Source of the DNA: Bacillota bacterium
Lineage (GTDB): Bacteria; Sysuimicrobiota; Sysuimicrobiia; Sysuimicrobiales; Segetimicrobiaceae
Assembly: GCA_021324255.1 (NCBI GenBank)
Contig: JAJPJL010000083.1
Span: 9,291-73,290, forward strand
DNA length: 64,000 nt
Direction of reading: 5' to 3'
The position numbers and the translations under genes were made by a program. Position 1 is the stretch's first letter. Each line of letters begins with the position of its first letter. The notes under the pieces are model-generated. The model saw only the letters and a list, made by a program, of their open reading frames with translations, was not told the DNA's origin and ran no database searches. Shown here piece by piece: positions 63,497-64,000 of this stretch.

Positions 63497-64000
63497 CTAC
63501 ATGCGGTACACGCCGGGCCGCATCTCGTCGATCGGGGCGTTGAGCGCGGCGGAGAGCGCGAGCCCCAGGACGGTGCGGGTGGCCGCGGGGTCGATGACCC
63601 CGTCGTCCCACAACCTGGCGGTGCTGTAGTACGCGTTGCCCTCGCGCTCGTACTTCGCCAGCACCGGCTCCGCGATCGCGGCTTCCTCGGCCTCGGTGAG
63701 CGTCCCGCCCTCGCGCGCGCGCTGATCGCGCTTGACCGTCACGAGCACGGTGGCCGCTTGTTCCCCGCCCATCACCGAGATGCGGGCGTGGGGCCACATC
63801 CAGAGAAACCGGGGCGCGTACGCGCGTCCGCACATCGCGTAGTTACCGGCGCCGTACGAGCTGCCGATGATCACCGTGAGGCGCGGCACGCCGCACGTGG
63901 CCACGGCGTGGACCATCTTGGCGCCGGCGCGGGCGATGCCCGCCGCCTCGTACGTGCGACCGACGATGAAGCCGGTGATGTTTTGCAGGAACACGAGCGG
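63497..64000 (-). CDS. Acyl-CoA carboxylase carboxyltransferase (beta) subunit, methylcrotonyl-CoA carboxylase-like; N-terminus beyond window edge
   Basis: The frame is open to nt 64000. C-terminal CT-domain sequence ...[34 protein letters not shown]...[11 protein letters not shown]. Stop at 63497-63499. Confidence 0.85.
   Translation of the reverse strand, partial: PLVFLQNITGFIVGRTYEAAGIARAGAKMVHAVATCGVPRLTVIIGSSYGAGNYAMCGRAYAPRFLWMWPHARISVMGGEQAATVLVTVKRDQRAREGGTLTEAEEAAIAEPVLAKYEREGNAYYSTARLWDDGVIDPAATRTVLGLALSAALNAPIDEMRPGVYRM

Noticed and set aside
1-64000. tRNA, rRNA, tmRNA, transposase/integrase genes, CRISPR arrays and prophage remnants.
   Set aside because: I inspected the intergenic regions longer than 70 nt (1658-2150, 7153-7436, 10445-10636, 13451-13588, 15899-16133, 19522-19771, 21248-21341, 48310-48722, 53894-54039, 55540-55711, 60355-60479) by eye. 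I found no T-loop GGTTCGAATCC-like cloverleaf signatures, repeat-spacer arrays or recombinase motifs. tRNAscan-SE/Infernal would be needed to be certain.

Overview
Very GC-rich, gene-dense bacterial chromosomal segment (GC judged by eye, not computed). I call about 60 protein-coding genes. Most are on the minus strand, and every gene from 21342 to 48309 is minus-strand. Many adjacent genes share 4-nt ATGA/GTGA start-stop overlaps, so long operons are likely. All functional calls come from motifs I recognise in the supplied translations and from gene order; no database search was run.

Contents in order:
- 5'-truncated family-5 solute-binding protein and a GH3 NagZ-like hexosaminidase.
- YprA/YprB (MrfA/MrfB)-like helicase + exonuclease pair, preceded by a perfect CGAAC-N4-GTTCG LexA-type box.
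- FdrA + DUF1116 pair.
- GAF-PAS-PAS-GGDEF-EAL protein, an orphan form-II CoxL-like molybdopterin subunit (AYRGAGR), and a CBS-GGDEF protein with an unassigned C-terminal domain.
- ChrA and an SDR with a non-canonical catalytic region.
- Secreted protein with a PSQPx tandem repeat.
- MacB/FtsX-type ABC module ending in a membrane-anchored CrtC/AttH-like protein.
- Housekeeping block with Firmicutes/Terrabacteria-like synteny: recG-rsmD-coaD-(coiled-coil)-yceD-rpmF-plsX-fabD-fabG-acpP-fabF-rnc-HIT, with rpmB divergent.
- hslO, directly downstream of a TPP-riboswitch-controlled nine-gene thiamine salvage operon (thiZ-thiX-thiY-tenA-thiW-thiM-thiE-thiL-thiD).
- 1139-aa SARP(BTAD)-AAA-TPR regulator, divergent from an ABC-2 exporter. 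Their 413-nt intergenic region holds a 27/29-nt direct repeat, candidate promoters, and a 24-codon sORF whose SD/ATG sit in a 9-bp hairpin.
- AIR-synthase-related protein and a stand-alone AsnC-type RAM domain.
- WbpB/WbpE-like oxidoreductase + aminotransferase pair.
- SRPBCC protein and a DRG-like TGS GTPase.
- LivJHMGF-type transporter.
- Leucine-catabolic genes: HMG-CoA lyase, split biotin carboxylase/BCCP, and a carboxyltransferase that is 5'-truncated at the window edge.

No rRNA, tRNA, CRISPR array, transposase or integrase was recognised.

The most unexplained loci are the SARP-STAND/sORF/ABC-2 locus, the AttH-like ABC module with its neighbouring secreted repeat protein, and the c-di-GMP/orphan CoxL cluster.
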